Below are positions 37,593 through 46,531 of a stretch of DNA of 64,000 nucleotides, piece by piece (position 1 is the stretch's first letter; every line of letters starts with the position of its first letter). The translations under genes and the position numbers were made by a program. Source of the DNA: Flavobacteriales bacterium (GTDB lineage Bacteria > Bacteroidota > Bacteroidia > Flavobacteriales_F > PHOS-HE28); the NCBI GenBank assembly GCA_016700415.1, contig CP065018.1, forward strand, positions 3,765,284 to 3,829,283, in the 5' to 3' direction. The notes below the pieces were generated by a model. The model saw only the letters and a program-made list of their open reading frames with translations, had not been told where the DNA came from and did no database searches.

Positions 37593-39581
37593 ATGAGAAG
37601 GACCTCGTTGATCACCTCGATACCCTTGGTATTGGCCGCCGCGATCGCCCTGCCACTGGCCCAAGGCTGTAAACCGGCGAACACCAAGAGCGCCGTGACC
37701 GGCGATGCCGCATCGAAAGTTTTCGTACCACCGGGACAGTACGATGAATTCTACAACTTCGTCAGCGGGGGCTTCAGCGGGCAGATGTCCGTTTACGGCC
37801 TTCCCTCGGGCCGGTTGTTCCGTGTGATCCCCGTTTTCTCGGTCGATCCCCAGACGGGCTGGGGTTACAGCGAGGAGACCAAGCCCATGCTGATGACCAC
37901 GCACGGTTTCATCCCATGGGACGACAGCCACCACGTAGAGTCGTCCATGAGCGACGGCGTGCAGAACGGTAAGTTCATGTTCATCAACGGCAACAACACG
38001 CCGCGTATCGCGATGGTCGACCTGAGGACCTTCAGGACCTCCAGCATCATCGAGATCCCCAACAGCGCAGGCAACCACAGCTCGCCGTTCAGCACACCGA
38101 ACAGCGAATACATCGTGGCCGGAACCCGCTTCAGTATTCCCATGGGAACCGATGAGCAGCGCGACGTTCCCATCGAAACGTACAAGGAGAACTTCAAGAG
38201 CACGGTCTCTTTCATCAAGCCTGACACTTCCAACGGCAGCATGGAGATCGCCTTCCAGATCAAGACCCCCGCGATCGACTTCGACCTGAGCCACTCCGGT
38301 AAGGGCCCCAGCGACGGCTGGTTCTTCTTCAGCTGCTACAACACCGAGAAGGCCCACGAGCTTTTGGAGGTGAACGCCAGCCAGAACGACAAGGACTTCA
38401 TCATGGCCGTGAACTGGAAGAAAGCCGAGCAATACGTGAAGGAGGGCAAAGGCAAGAAGGTGCCCGGCAAGTATTACAACAACCACTACGACGAGAGCAC
38501 CCACATGGGGACCTCGAAGATCGGCACCGAAGTGCTGCAACTGGACCCGAAAGAGCTCACGGACCTGATCTACTTCATGCCCTGCCCCAAGAGCCCGCAC
38601 GGTTGCGATGTGGACCCCACCGGCGAATTCATCGTGGGCAGTGGCAAGCTCGCCGCAACGCTCCCGGTATTCTCCTTCGCGAAGATGCAGAAAGCCATCG
38701 CCGACAAGGACTACGAGGGTGAGTACGACGGCGTGCCCGTGCTGAAGTATGAAAGCGTGCTGCAGGGCGAAGTGAAGAAGCCCGGTCTGGGCCCCTTGCA
38801 CACGGAGTTCGACGACAAGGGCTTCGCCTACAGCTCCATGTTCGTGAGCAGCGAGATCGTAAAGTGGAACGTGAAGACCTTGGAAGTGGTGGACCGCGTG
38901 CCCACGTACTACTCCATCGGCCACCTTTGCGTCCCGGGCGGCGACAGCAAAAAGCCTTGGGGCAAATACGTGATCGCCTACAACAAGATCACCAAGGACC
39001 GCTACCTGCCCACCGGCCCCGAACTCGCGCAATCCGCCCAGTTATACAGCATCGACGGACCCAAGATGGAACTGCTGTTGGACTACCCCTCCATCGGTGA
39101 GCCGCACTACGCACAGGCCATCCCGGCCGACCTGGTGAGGCCCAACTCCCTGAAGTTCTTCAAGATCGAGGAGAACAAGCACCCGTACGTGACCAAGGGT
39201 GAAAAGGAAGCCCGCGTGGTGCGCGACGGCAACAAGGTGCACGTGTACATGACCTGCATCCGATCGCACTTCGCACCGGACAACATCGAAGGGGTGAAGA
39301 TGGGAGACGAGGTGTACTTCCACGTCACCAACCTGGAGCAGGACTGGGACGTACCGCACGGCTTCGCGGTGAAGGGCGCACAGACGGCCGAGTTGTTGAT
39401 CATGCCGGGTGAGACGCAGACCTTGAAGTGGACACCCACGAGCGTTGGCGTGCAACCCTTCTACTGCACGGACTTCTGCAGTGCGCTCCACCAGGAGATG
39501 CAAGGTTACATCCGGATCTCCCCAGCAGGAAGCACCGTACCGTTGAGCGCCAACACCAAGAGCGTGGACGCGGGCCTTTGA
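37593..39581 (+). CDS. nosZ: nitrous-oxide reductase, Sec-dependent clade II type
   Basis: 662 aa; lipoprotein-type signal (AAAIALPLAQGC); seven-bladed propeller His ligands; C-terminal CuA cupredoxin motif FYCTDFCSALHQEMQGYIRI. Confidence 0.9.
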   Translation: MRRTSLITSIPLVLAAAIALPLAQGCKPANTKSAVTGDAASKVFVPPGQYDEFYNFVSGGFSGQMSVYGLPSGRLFRVIPVFSVDPQTGWGYSEETKPMLMTTHGFIPWDDSHHVESSMSDGVQNGKFMFINGNNTPRIAMVDLRTFRTSSIIEIPNSAGNHSSPFSTPNSEYIVAGTRFSIPMGTDEQRDVPIETYKENFKSTVSFIKPDTSNGSMEIAFQIKTPAIDFDLSHSGKGPSDGWFFFSCYNTEKAHELLEVNASQNDKDFIMAVNWKKAEQYVKEGKGKKVPGKYYNNHYDESTHMGTSKIGTEVLQLDPKELTDLIYFMPCPKSPHGCDVDPTGEFIVGSGKLAATLPVFSFAKMQKAIADKDYEGEYDGVPVLKYESVLQGEVKKPGLGPLHTEFDDKGFAYSSMFVSSEIVKWNVKTLEVVDRVPTYYSIGHLCVPGGDSKKPWGKYVIAYNKITKDRYLPTGPELAQSAQLYSIDGPKMELLLDYPSIGEPHYAQAIPADLVRPNSLKFFKIEENKHPYVTKGEKEARVVRDGNKVHVYMTCIRSHFAPDNIEGVKMGDEVYFHVTNLEQDWDVPHGFAVKGAQTAELLIMPGETQTLKWTPTSVGVQPFYCTDFCSALHQEMQGYIRISPAGSTVPLSANTKSVDAGL

Positions 39582-39604
39582 GCCGGGACAAGAATGAACG
39601 CAAT

Positions 39605-39646
39605 GCGCCCGGCCCCGCGATCCAAAGGATGCGGAAGGCCGGGCGC
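39605..39646 (+). terminator. GC-rich hairpin (10-bp perfect stem GCGCCCGGCC/GGCCGGGCGC) downstream of nosZ; candidate intra-operon attenuator/terminator
   Basis: Perfect inverted repeat with 22-nt loop that itself contains a sub-stem; followed by TGTTTCG. Confidence 0.4.
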
Positions 39647-39840
39647 GCTGTTTCGATGCGGCCTGAACAGACGAAAATGTCTTTCCCGCAAAGACACCTT
39701 GGGCCGTAAACCGCTGTAGCGATATCACCAGTTCACGAACCGCCAGCCGGGGATCACCATCCCAAGCGCATTCAGGACAAGAGGGCAATAACCTGCCCGC
39801 CCACACATTTCAAGGATCTCATCCCCAACCACCACCCATC

Positions 39841-40449
39841 ATGTCCCACAGCCCCAGCCACCCGATCCAGAACATGCGCCCGTTTTCCCGCATCCTGATC
39901 GCCCTCGCCGCCATCGCCATGACCTTGTTGCTGACGCAGCCTATCTGGGTCATCTACTTGATGGCACCGCAGTACCCCGAAGGGCTGCAACTCCAGATCT
40001 TTCACGACAGCTTCGTCGGCAACGTGGACCAGATCAACGGCCTTAACCACTACATCGGCATGGCCACCATCCATAACGAGATGTTCCCCGAATTCGAGGT
40101 GATGCGCTACTTCATCGGCGGGCTGGTGATCTGGGGGCTGCTCGCGGCGCTGATCGGCAGGCGCTGGTCCTTGGGGAGCTGGCTCTTCGGCCTGTTGGCC
40201 TATGTGATCTGGGCCATGTGGGACATGTACTCCTGGGGCTGGAACTACGGCCACAACCTCGACCCGCATGCGGCCATCAAGATCGAAGGGATGGTGTACC
40301 AACCGCCACTTTTCGGCCATAAGACATTGCTGAACTTCGATGCCTGGTCCTATCCCGATGTGGGCGGCTGGGTGCTGTTCGGATCAATTACCTTGGCGGT
40401 ACTTGTCTTCCTCTATGAGTGGAGATCCCCACGTAAGCCGGCCGCCTGA
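39841..40449 (+). CDS. membrane protein, putative NosB (clade II nos cluster-specific)
   Basis: 202 aa, several TM helices, Trp/Tyr-rich periplasmic loops; position directly downstream of nosZ as in other clade II clusters. Confidence 0.5.
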   Translation: MSHSPSHPIQNMRPFSRILIALAAIAMTLLLTQPIWVIYLMAPQYPEGLQLQIFHDSFVGNVDQINGLNHYIGMATIHNEMFPEFEVMRYFIGGLVIWGLLAALIGRRWSLGSWLFGLLAYVIWAMWDMYSWGWNYGHNLDPHAAIKIEGMVYQPPLFGHKTLLNFDAWSYPDVGGWVLFGSITLAVLVFLYEWRSPRKPAA

Positions 40450-40462
40450 AACTCGTGAACCC

Positions 40463-40909
40463 ATGAAGAATTTTCTGATCAGTGCGTCTTTGGTGATCAT
40501 GGCGTCCGGCTGTAGCGTCGGCCAGCCCAAGATCAACTACGGGCACGATGAATGCGCCCATTGCCGGATGAACGTGATGGATGCCAAGTTCGGTGCCGCG
40601 CTCATGACCGTGAAAGGCCGCAGCTACGTATTCGACGCACCGGAATGCATGGTCCCCTTCGTGAGCCATACTGGTCATTTGGTGGAGCAGGAAGTGGAAG
40701 GGTGGTACGTCTCGGACTTTGCCCATCCGGGAATGTTGATCGATGCGACCAAAGCATTCTACCTGCATGCCCCGAAACTCAACAGCCCCATGCGGGGGAA
40801 CGTTGCCGCCTTCAGCAGTGATGCCGACCGAAAAGCTGCAGAGGCCTTTTTCCCGGGTGATGAAATGGATTGGCCAGGAGTGAAAGACCTGTTCAAGAAA
40901 GACGAATGA
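40463..40909 (+). CDS. nosL: NosL copper-chaperone lipoprotein
   Basis: MKNFLISASLVIMASGCS lipobox; HDECAHCRMNVMD...YVFDAPECM Cu-binding region. Confidence 0.8.
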   Translation: MKNFLISASLVIMASGCSVGQPKINYGHDECAHCRMNVMDAKFGAALMTVKGRSYVFDAPECMVPFVSHTGHLVEQEVEGWYVSDFAHPGMLIDATKAFYLHAPKLNSPMRGNVAAFSSDADRKAAEAFFPGDEMDWPGVKDLFKKDE

Positions 40910-42174
40910 CCTGCTGGATCCCGGGCCGCTTTTCGGCATTGCTTGCTGTGCTTGCGACATCAGCTTCGTTGATGGCCGCGGTCTGGACGGTAGGCTCAGG
41001 AAATACCCGTGCAAAGCTGGCCCCGGTCTTAGCCGCCGCCGCGCCGCACGATACCGTTCGGGTAATGCAAGGCACTTACGCGGAAGGCACGCTGACCATA
41101 GACAAGCCGCTCACGCTCATTGGCATCGGACGTCCCGTTATTGACGGCACTGGCGGCGATGGCAATGTGCTCACGATCACCGCACCGGATGTCACCGTGC
41201 AGGGTTTCTTGATCACGGGCACCAAGGTGAGCAACATGAACGATAACGCCGGCATCGAGGTGGAACGGGCCGACAACGTGAAACTGCTCGACAACGTGAT
41301 GGAGCACTGCTTTTTCGCTTTCCACTTTGCGAATGCACGCAACCCGACCGTCATAGGGAACACCATCAACGGTGACCCGGAACTATCCGAGACCAGCAGG
41401 GCCAATGGCATTCATCTGTGGCATTGCTCGGGCGCCATGGTGGAGGATAATGTGATACGGAACCACCGCGACGGCATCTACTTCGAGTTCGTCACCGACA
41501 GCCACGTGCGCCGCAACAAGAGCCTGCACAACTCGCGCTACGGGCTGCACTTCATGTTCAGCCACCGCGACACCTATTCGGACAACCTCTTTCAGGACAA
41601 CGGGGCCGGCGTGGCGGTGATGTTCAGCAAGAACGTTGATATGGTCCGGAACCGCTTCATCCGCAACCGCGGCGCCAGTTCCTATGGCATCTTGCTGAAG
41701 GAGATAAACGACGTGAAGATCGACAGCAACATCTTCATCGACAACACCACCGCACTGTTGGTGGACGGCTGCAACCGGGGCGACATCCGCGGGAACATTT
41801 TCCAAGGCAACGGTTGGGCGCTTCGGCTCTTTGCCAATGCCACCGATTGCCACTTCACCGCGAACACCTTCACAGGGAACACCTTCGACATGAGCACCAA
41901 CGGGAACCCGGTGTACAACAGCTTCAGCGGCAACTACTGGGACCGCTACCAAGGCTATGACCTGGACCACGACGGCACCGGTGACGTGCCCTTCCGGCCG
42001 TTGAGCCTCTTCGCCATGGTGAACGAGCGGATGCCTTATGCCGTGGTACTTTCACGCAGCTTGCTCACCCAATTGCTCGACCAGGCGGAGCGTTTGGTGC
42101 CCTCGATGACGCCGGAAGGCCTGGAAGACGATAAACCCTTGATGAAAACTCCGCATGGCCCGCGTAACCTTTGA
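40906..42174 (+). CDS. nosD: NosD periplasmic right-handed beta-helix copper-binding protein
   Basis: Signal peptide; repeated beta-helix rungs (NGIHLWHCSGAMVEDN, YGLHFMFSHRDTYSDN, YGILLKEINDVKIDSN ...); ATGA overlap with nosL stop. Confidence 0.85.
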   Translation: MTCWIPGRFSALLAVLATSASLMAAVWTVGSGNTRAKLAPVLAAAAPHDTVRVMQGTYAEGTLTIDKPLTLIGIGRPVIDGTGGDGNVLTITAPDVTVQGFLITGTKVSNMNDNAGIEVERADNVKLLDNVMEHCFFAFHFANARNPTVIGNTINGDPELSETSRANGIHLWHCSGAMVEDNVIRNHRDGIYFEFVTDSHVRRNKSLHNSRYGLHFMFSHRDTYSDNLFQDNGAGVAVMFSKNVDMVRNRFIRNRGASSYGILLKEINDVKIDSNIFIDNTTALLVDGCNRGDIRGNIFQGNGWALRLFANATDCHFTANTFTGNTFDMSTNGNPVYNSFSGNYWDRYQGYDLDHDGTGDVPFRPLSLFAMVNERMPYAVVLSRSLLTQLLDQAERLVPSMTPEGLEDDKPLMKTPHGPRNL

Positions 42175-42892
42175 GAACGTCGGCAAGAAGTACGGCAAGC
42201 TTTGGGCGTTGCGCGAATTCAATGCGCGCTTCGAGCCCGGCGAGACCGTATCGGTGATCGGCCCCAACGGATCGGGGAAGACCACCATGATAAAATGCTT
42301 GCTGGGCCTGGTGCAGGCCACGACCGGCACCATCATCGTGAACGGCGAGCGCGTCGGACCCGATCCGGAATATCGGCACAACGTGGGGCACATGCCGCAG
42401 ATCTCACGCTTCCCCAACGAGTTGAAGATCGGTCAGCTGATCGATCTGATGGACGACATCCGCGGCAGCAACAAAGGCCGCAGCGAGGGCCCGCTGGTGA
42501 AAGCGTTGGGCGTGGATGCCATGATGGACAAACGCCTCGGTACGCTCTCCGGCGGCCAACGGCAGAAGGTGAGCGCCGTGCTGGCCTTCCGCTATTCACC
42601 CAGCGTGCTGGTGCTGGACGAGCCTACTGCCGGCCTTGACCCCCTGAGCTCTGAGATCGTGCTGAAAGCGGTGCGTGATATCAAACGTGAAGGTTGCACG
42701 GTGCTCATCACCAGCCACCTCATGGAGGAAGTGGAAGCCCTTGCCGACCGGGTGGCCTACTTGCAGGACGGCACGTTGCGTTTCCTGCTCCCACCGGAGG
42801 ACCTGCTCGCAGTTACAGGGGAAAAGCGGCTGTCCAAGGCAATTCCCGCGATGCTCACCGCCAAGACCGAGGCCCATGTGGAAAGTCTATAA
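42155..42892 (+). CDS. nosF: NosF ABC transporter ATP-binding protein
   Basis: Walker A GPNGSGKTT, signature LSGGQRQK, Walker B VLVLDEPTAGLD. Confidence 0.85.
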   Translation: MARVTFENVGKKYGKLWALREFNARFEPGETVSVIGPNGSGKTTMIKCLLGLVQATTGTIIVNGERVGPDPEYRHNVGHMPQISRFPNELKIGQLIDLMDDIRGSNKGRSEGPLVKALGVDAMMDKRLGTLSGGQRQKVSAVLAFRYSPSVLVLDEPTAGLDPLSSEIVLKAVRDIKREGCTVLITSHLMEEVEALADRVAYLQDGTLRFLLPPEDLLAVTGEKRLSKAIPAMLTAKTEAHVESL

Positions 42893-43643
42893 GTACACCC
42901 TGATCGATCTGGCGCGCAACAAGTTCGTGCTGGGCTGGACGCTGCTGTTGTTGGCCATCAGCCTAGGCTTGTTCCAGTTGGAAGACCAACCGGTAAAGTC
43001 CATGCTCAGTCTCTCGCAAGTGCTGTTGGCATTGGTGCCCTTGGTGGCTTCGGTGTTCACCATCGTCTACCTCTATGATGCGATGGAGTTCACGGAGCTG
43101 TTGGCTGTGCAACCCTTGCGTCGATCTAAGATCTTGGGTGGCCAGATGGGGGCCTTGGGCACGGCCTTGGTGCTGGGTGCCTTGGTGGGCGCGGGCATCC
43201 CGTTGATGCTTTTTCTGCCGGGCGGTGCATCGCTCACGCTCCTGCTCGCGTGCGTGATGCTCACGTTGGTTTTCGTAGCGATCGGCTCGCTCATCGCGAT
43301 CAAGAACCGTGAGAAGGCGCGTGGTGTCGGTCTTGGCCTGGTGGTCTGGTTCCTCTTCGTGCTGGTGTACGACGCTGTGCTGTTGTGGGTGATGTTCGCC
43401 TTCAGTGATTACCCGATCGAACCGTGGATCGTGCCCTTGGCCGCACTGGATCCGATCGACCTCGGCCGCATCATGGTGCTGCTGAAGGTGGACCTGGCCG
43501 CCATGATGGGGTACAGTGGCGCGGTGTACGAGAAGTTCTTCGGGAACGTCCGCGGGATCCTGGTGGCGCTTGCTGCGCTCATAGCCTGGGTGGCGCTGCC
43601 GTCATCGTTCGCGTTCAGGGCCTTTCGGAGGAAGGACCTTTGA
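42876..43643 (+). CDS. nosY: NosY ABC-2 type permease
   Basis: MWKVYKYTLIDLARNKFVLGWTLLLLAISLGLF..., six TM helices; overlaps nosF stop. Confidence 0.8.
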   Translation: MWKVYKYTLIDLARNKFVLGWTLLLLAISLGLFQLEDQPVKSMLSLSQVLLALVPLVASVFTIVYLYDAMEFTELLAVQPLRRSKILGGQMGALGTALVLGALVGAGIPLMLFLPGGASLTLLLACVMLTLVFVAIGSLIAIKNREKARGVGLGLVVWFLFVLVYDAVLLWVMFAFSDYPIEPWIVPLAALDPIDLGRIMVLLKVDLAAMMGYSGAVYEKFFGNVRGILVALAALIAWVALPSSFAFRAFRRKDL

Positions 43644-43706
43644 GGTATTGGCCGCGGACCTGCCTGCCGGCAGGCAGGGGCGCAGAGGCGTGGAGAATAC
43701 AAAGTG

Positions 43707-43752
43707 AGCTTGAGGCTTGTGGCTGAGTGCTTCAAGCCACAAGCCTCAAGCT
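43707..43752 (+). terminator. rho-independent terminator after nos operon (perfect 18-bp stem, 10-nt loop, T-rich tail)
   Basis: AGCTTGAGGCTTGTGGCT gagtgcttca AGCCACAAGCCTCAAGCT ttaatctt; preceded by a second perfect 20-bp palindrome CCTGCCTGCCGGCAGGCAGG at 43664-43683. Confidence 0.7.
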
Positions 43753-43845
43753 TTAATCTTGACAAGGATCAGTTGAAGTCCTGTCATCGGTCAAGTTGAG
43801 GTACTTTGGTCGGCGAGACTTTTGAACCACATAAAAAGCCACCCG

Positions 43846-44421
43846 ATGAAACGCCTCACCATGAAACTGAAGTATTTTACACCGTTCGCCTTGGTCGCAC
43901 TTCTTTCCGCATGCGGAGGAAGCACGGATACCGCACCGGCAGACCAAGCCGGGAGTGACCCGGCCGTAATGACCGATGGAGGCCAATCCACCGTGGTGGA
44001 TGATGAATCCGAGAAGAACGTGGTGCAGGTGGCCATTGCTTCCCCGGACCATACCACATTGGTGGCCGCGGTCAAGGCAGCCGACCTGGTGAATGCGCTG
44101 AGCAACGCGGGCCCCTTCACCGTCTTCGCCCCGACCAATGAGGCCTTCGCGGCATTGCCCGCCGGCACGGTGGACGGCCTGTTGAAGCCTGACCAGAAGG
44201 ACGCGCTGGCTGACATCCTTCAGTACCACGTGGCCCTCGGCGTCTTCAAGCCGGAGAATATCCGCGACGGACAAAAGCAAGGCATGGTGAACGGTGGCGA
44301 CGTCGTTTTCCATGTAAAGGACGGGCAAGTGATGATCAATGACGCCAAGATCATCGGCACTGTGCCCGCCTCAAATGGATTGGTCTGCGTGATCGACAAA
44401 GTGCTGCTTCCCGGGAAGTGA
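43846..44421 (+). CDS. fasciclin (FAS1) domain lipoprotein
   Basis: Signal/lipobox LVALLSACGG; FAS1 motifs TLVAAVKAADLVNALSNAGPFTVFAPTNEAF, VCVIDKVLLP. Confidence 0.75.
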   Translation: MKRLTMKLKYFTPFALVALLSACGGSTDTAPADQAGSDPAVMTDGGQSTVVDDESEKNVVQVAIASPDHTTLVAAVKAADLVNALSNAGPFTVFAPTNEAFAALPAGTVDGLLKPDQKDALADILQYHVALGVFKPENIRDGQKQGMVNGGDVVFHVKDGQVMINDAKIIGTVPASNGLVCVIDKVLLPGK

Positions 44422-44455
44422 TCGGTCTGCCATCGCCCTTATCCTGGGGCATGGT

Positions 44456-44495
44456 GAAAGTCGGTAGAGGCGTCCGCGAGGGCGCCTTTGCTGTT
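44456..44495. repeat. 40-bp gene-distal repeat element, copy 1 (GAAAGTCGGTAGAGGCGTCCGCGAGGGCGCCTTTGCTGTT)
   Basis: 39/40 identical to 46250..46289; lies about 35 bp after the fasciclin gene stop; contains short GC-rich inverted repeat AGGCG...CGCCT. Confidence 0.7.
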
Positions 44496-44890
44496 TTAGA
44501 GTGACCGGTTGGTGGTGAATTGTTAGTGGTGACCGGTGAGTGGTGATCGGTGATCGGAAGTGCGTCGGCGCATTGCGGTGCTTCAAGATCCGATGCCGGC
44601 TTCGGAGCGCAGCTTCCGCTCCGTGAACTTCCGCCCAAAGGCGGGGATACGGAATTGAACGAAGCAAGAACCGAAGTCCGATCGGAGCTGTGGAATTGGC
44701 ATTGAAGAAAACCCGACTGTCAATTTTTCATCGGCACTGAAAATTCGGCATCGTCAATCCTTGTGGATCCGTGAAAAAAGTTCAACGCCAAATACAGATC
44801 GTCAGTGTCCACTCCTTTGGCAAGGGGCTTGAAGTCTCCTGTGCGAACCTCGGCCATGGTGGTCGGGGAAAACCGAAAACACAAACCAAA

Positions 44891-45337
44891 ATGACACTCG
44901 TGAAATATAAGCAGCAGCCGGTGACGACAGCTTCGCCGGTGGACAGGTTGGCCAGTGAGATCTTTGGCCAGAACATCAGCCGCCTTTTCGGTAGCGATGG
45001 CCTGATGGACCATTCACCCCGCGTGAACATCGTGGAAAGCAACGATGACTACCGCGTGGAAATGCAAGCACCCGGCTTCGACAAGAAGGACCTGAAGGTG
45101 GAGATGTTGAATGACACGCTCACCATCCGCGGGGAGCACACGGAAGAGGAACAGGGCGAGGACAAGCGCTGGACCCGCCGCGAGTTCGCGCGCTCCGCCT
45201 TCGAGCGCAGCTTCGTGCTGCCGCAAAGCGTGCAGGCCGACGCGATCAAAGCGGAATACGTGAACGGCGTTTTGCAGCTCACCATCCCCAAGAGCGAAGA
45301 GGCCAAACCCAAGATGCGGACCATCAGCATCAAATAG
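44891..45337 (+). CDS. Hsp20/alpha-crystallin family small heat-shock protein
   Basis: NIVESNDDYRVEMQAPGFDKKDLKVEMLNDTLTIRGEH...RSFVLPQSVQADAIKAEYVNGVLQLTIPK. Confidence 0.85.
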   Translation: MTLVKYKQQPVTTASPVDRLASEIFGQNISRLFGSDGLMDHSPRVNIVESNDDYRVEMQAPGFDKKDLKVEMLNDTLTIRGEHTEEEQGEDKRWTRREFARSAFERSFVLPQSVQADAIKAEYVNGVLQLTIPKSEEAKPKMRTISIK

Positions 45338-45443
45338 GCAAGTGGCGGGCCTTTCCGCACTGGAATACCGGGAGCCGGGGGCATTCGCACACGATGTGGA
45401 TGCCCCCGCTCTGCTACAGGAACAATTAGAACGGCATTGAGCA

Positions 45444-45929
45444 ATGAAAACCAACAGCACCGTCAAGAGCATGGTCGCGTGTGCGGCCATCTTGCTCCAA
45501 CTTTCCGCCTGCATGGGTCAAGAAGGAAAGAAAAAGCCTATGGCCACCAGCACTCCGCCGGTCCTTTCCGCGGACACCCCGCAGGTGGACGTGAAGGTGA
45601 ACAAGCAGTACGATGAGAACGGCAATTTGATCGCCTTCGATTCCACCTACACCACGATCTATCCGGGCAGGGCAGACAACCCCGCTTTCCTGGACAGCGT
45701 GTTCAAGGACTTCAAAGGCAGGTCCGGGAATTGGTACCCGTTCCTGAACGATCCGGGATTTAATGACCTGTTCATGAACGACAGCATCATGCAGCCCGAT
45801 TTCTTTCACGACGATTTTTTCCGCAAGCGGTTCGACCTGAACCGGCGCTACATGGAACAGATGATGGCCCGGATGGATTCCGTGAAGAATGCTTTCCTGC
45901 AACAGGAAGCGGAGCGGAAAACGCAATGA
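45444..45929 (+). CDS. hypothetical lipoprotein
   Basis: MKTNSTVKSMVACAAILLQLSACMGQ lipobox; no known domain. Confidence 0.45.
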   Translation: MKTNSTVKSMVACAAILLQLSACMGQEGKKKPMATSTPPVLSADTPQVDVKVNKQYDENGNLIAFDSTYTTIYPGRADNPAFLDSVFKDFKGRSGNWYPFLNDPGFNDLFMNDSIMQPDFFHDDFFRKRFDLNRRYMEQMMARMDSVKNAFLQQEAERKTQ

Positions 45930-46243
45930 CCCATTCCATGGAACGCATAGAGGAAGCCATCGTGAAGGTGTATCTCCTTCAACGGGACCGTTTGCGCGAA
46001 GAAGCAAGGACCATGGTGGAACAAGCGCCGGACCCGGATGTTCCGCCAACCCGGGTGGTGCCCATGGATGTGCCAGCGATCGACAAGCTTGTTGGAGGGC
46101 AGAAGCCATACTTGTATTTCGACCGTGGCAAAGGACGCTTCACCCATATCGTGCATGCCTTCGCCGTTGTGGTCGGCGCGACGGGCGCGGGCAGCGTTTT
46201 CCCCGTTCAACGGGTGATCACCATTCCGGAAACTGCCGGTTAG
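45926..46243 (+). CDS. hypothetical protein
   Basis: 105 aa, ATGA overlap with upstream ORF; no domain recognised. Confidence 0.35.
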   Translation: MTHSMERIEEAIVKVYLLQRDRLREEARTMVEQAPDPDVPPTRVVPMDVPAIDKLVGGQKPYLYFDRGKGRFTHIVHAFAVVVGATGAGSVFPVQRVITIPETAG

Positions 46244-46249
46244 CAGCAC

Positions 46250-46289
46250 GAAAGCCGGTAGAGGCGTCCGCGAGGGCGCCTTTGCTGTT
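46250..46289. repeat. 40-bp gene-distal repeat element, copy 2
   Basis: GAAAGCCGGTAGAGGCGTCCGCGAGGGCGCCTTTGCTGTT, 7 bp after stop of 45926..46243. Confidence 0.7.
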
Positions 46290-46531
46290 GGGGATGGAAC
46301 GCTGATACATGCCTACGGTAGCCAGCGTTGTTGCACGAGCGGATCGTCGCGGACGGATGAATGTCCATGCGTTCCGGAATTGATCCGCGCCGACCATGAA
46401 GATCAGCGTTATCAACAGTGCGATCGTTGATCACTTTGATCGTTCATAACGCTGTGGATGATCGAGATCGAAAATGACCTCTATCAGCGACTTGATCTTG
46501 CAGTTTTGAGACCCGCAAAAATCCGATCCCA

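Noticed and set aside
44500-44560. Short direct repeats GTGACCGGT / TGGTGA upstream of hsp20 as a regulatory array
   Set aside because: Irregular spacing and low complexity; cannot distinguish from chance in GC-rich DNA without comparative data
46244-46531. NrdR boxes or B12 riboswitch upstream of nrdJ
   Set aside because: No tandem 16-bp NrdR-type palindromes recognisable; B12 riboswitches normally control B12-independent RNRs, not nrdJ
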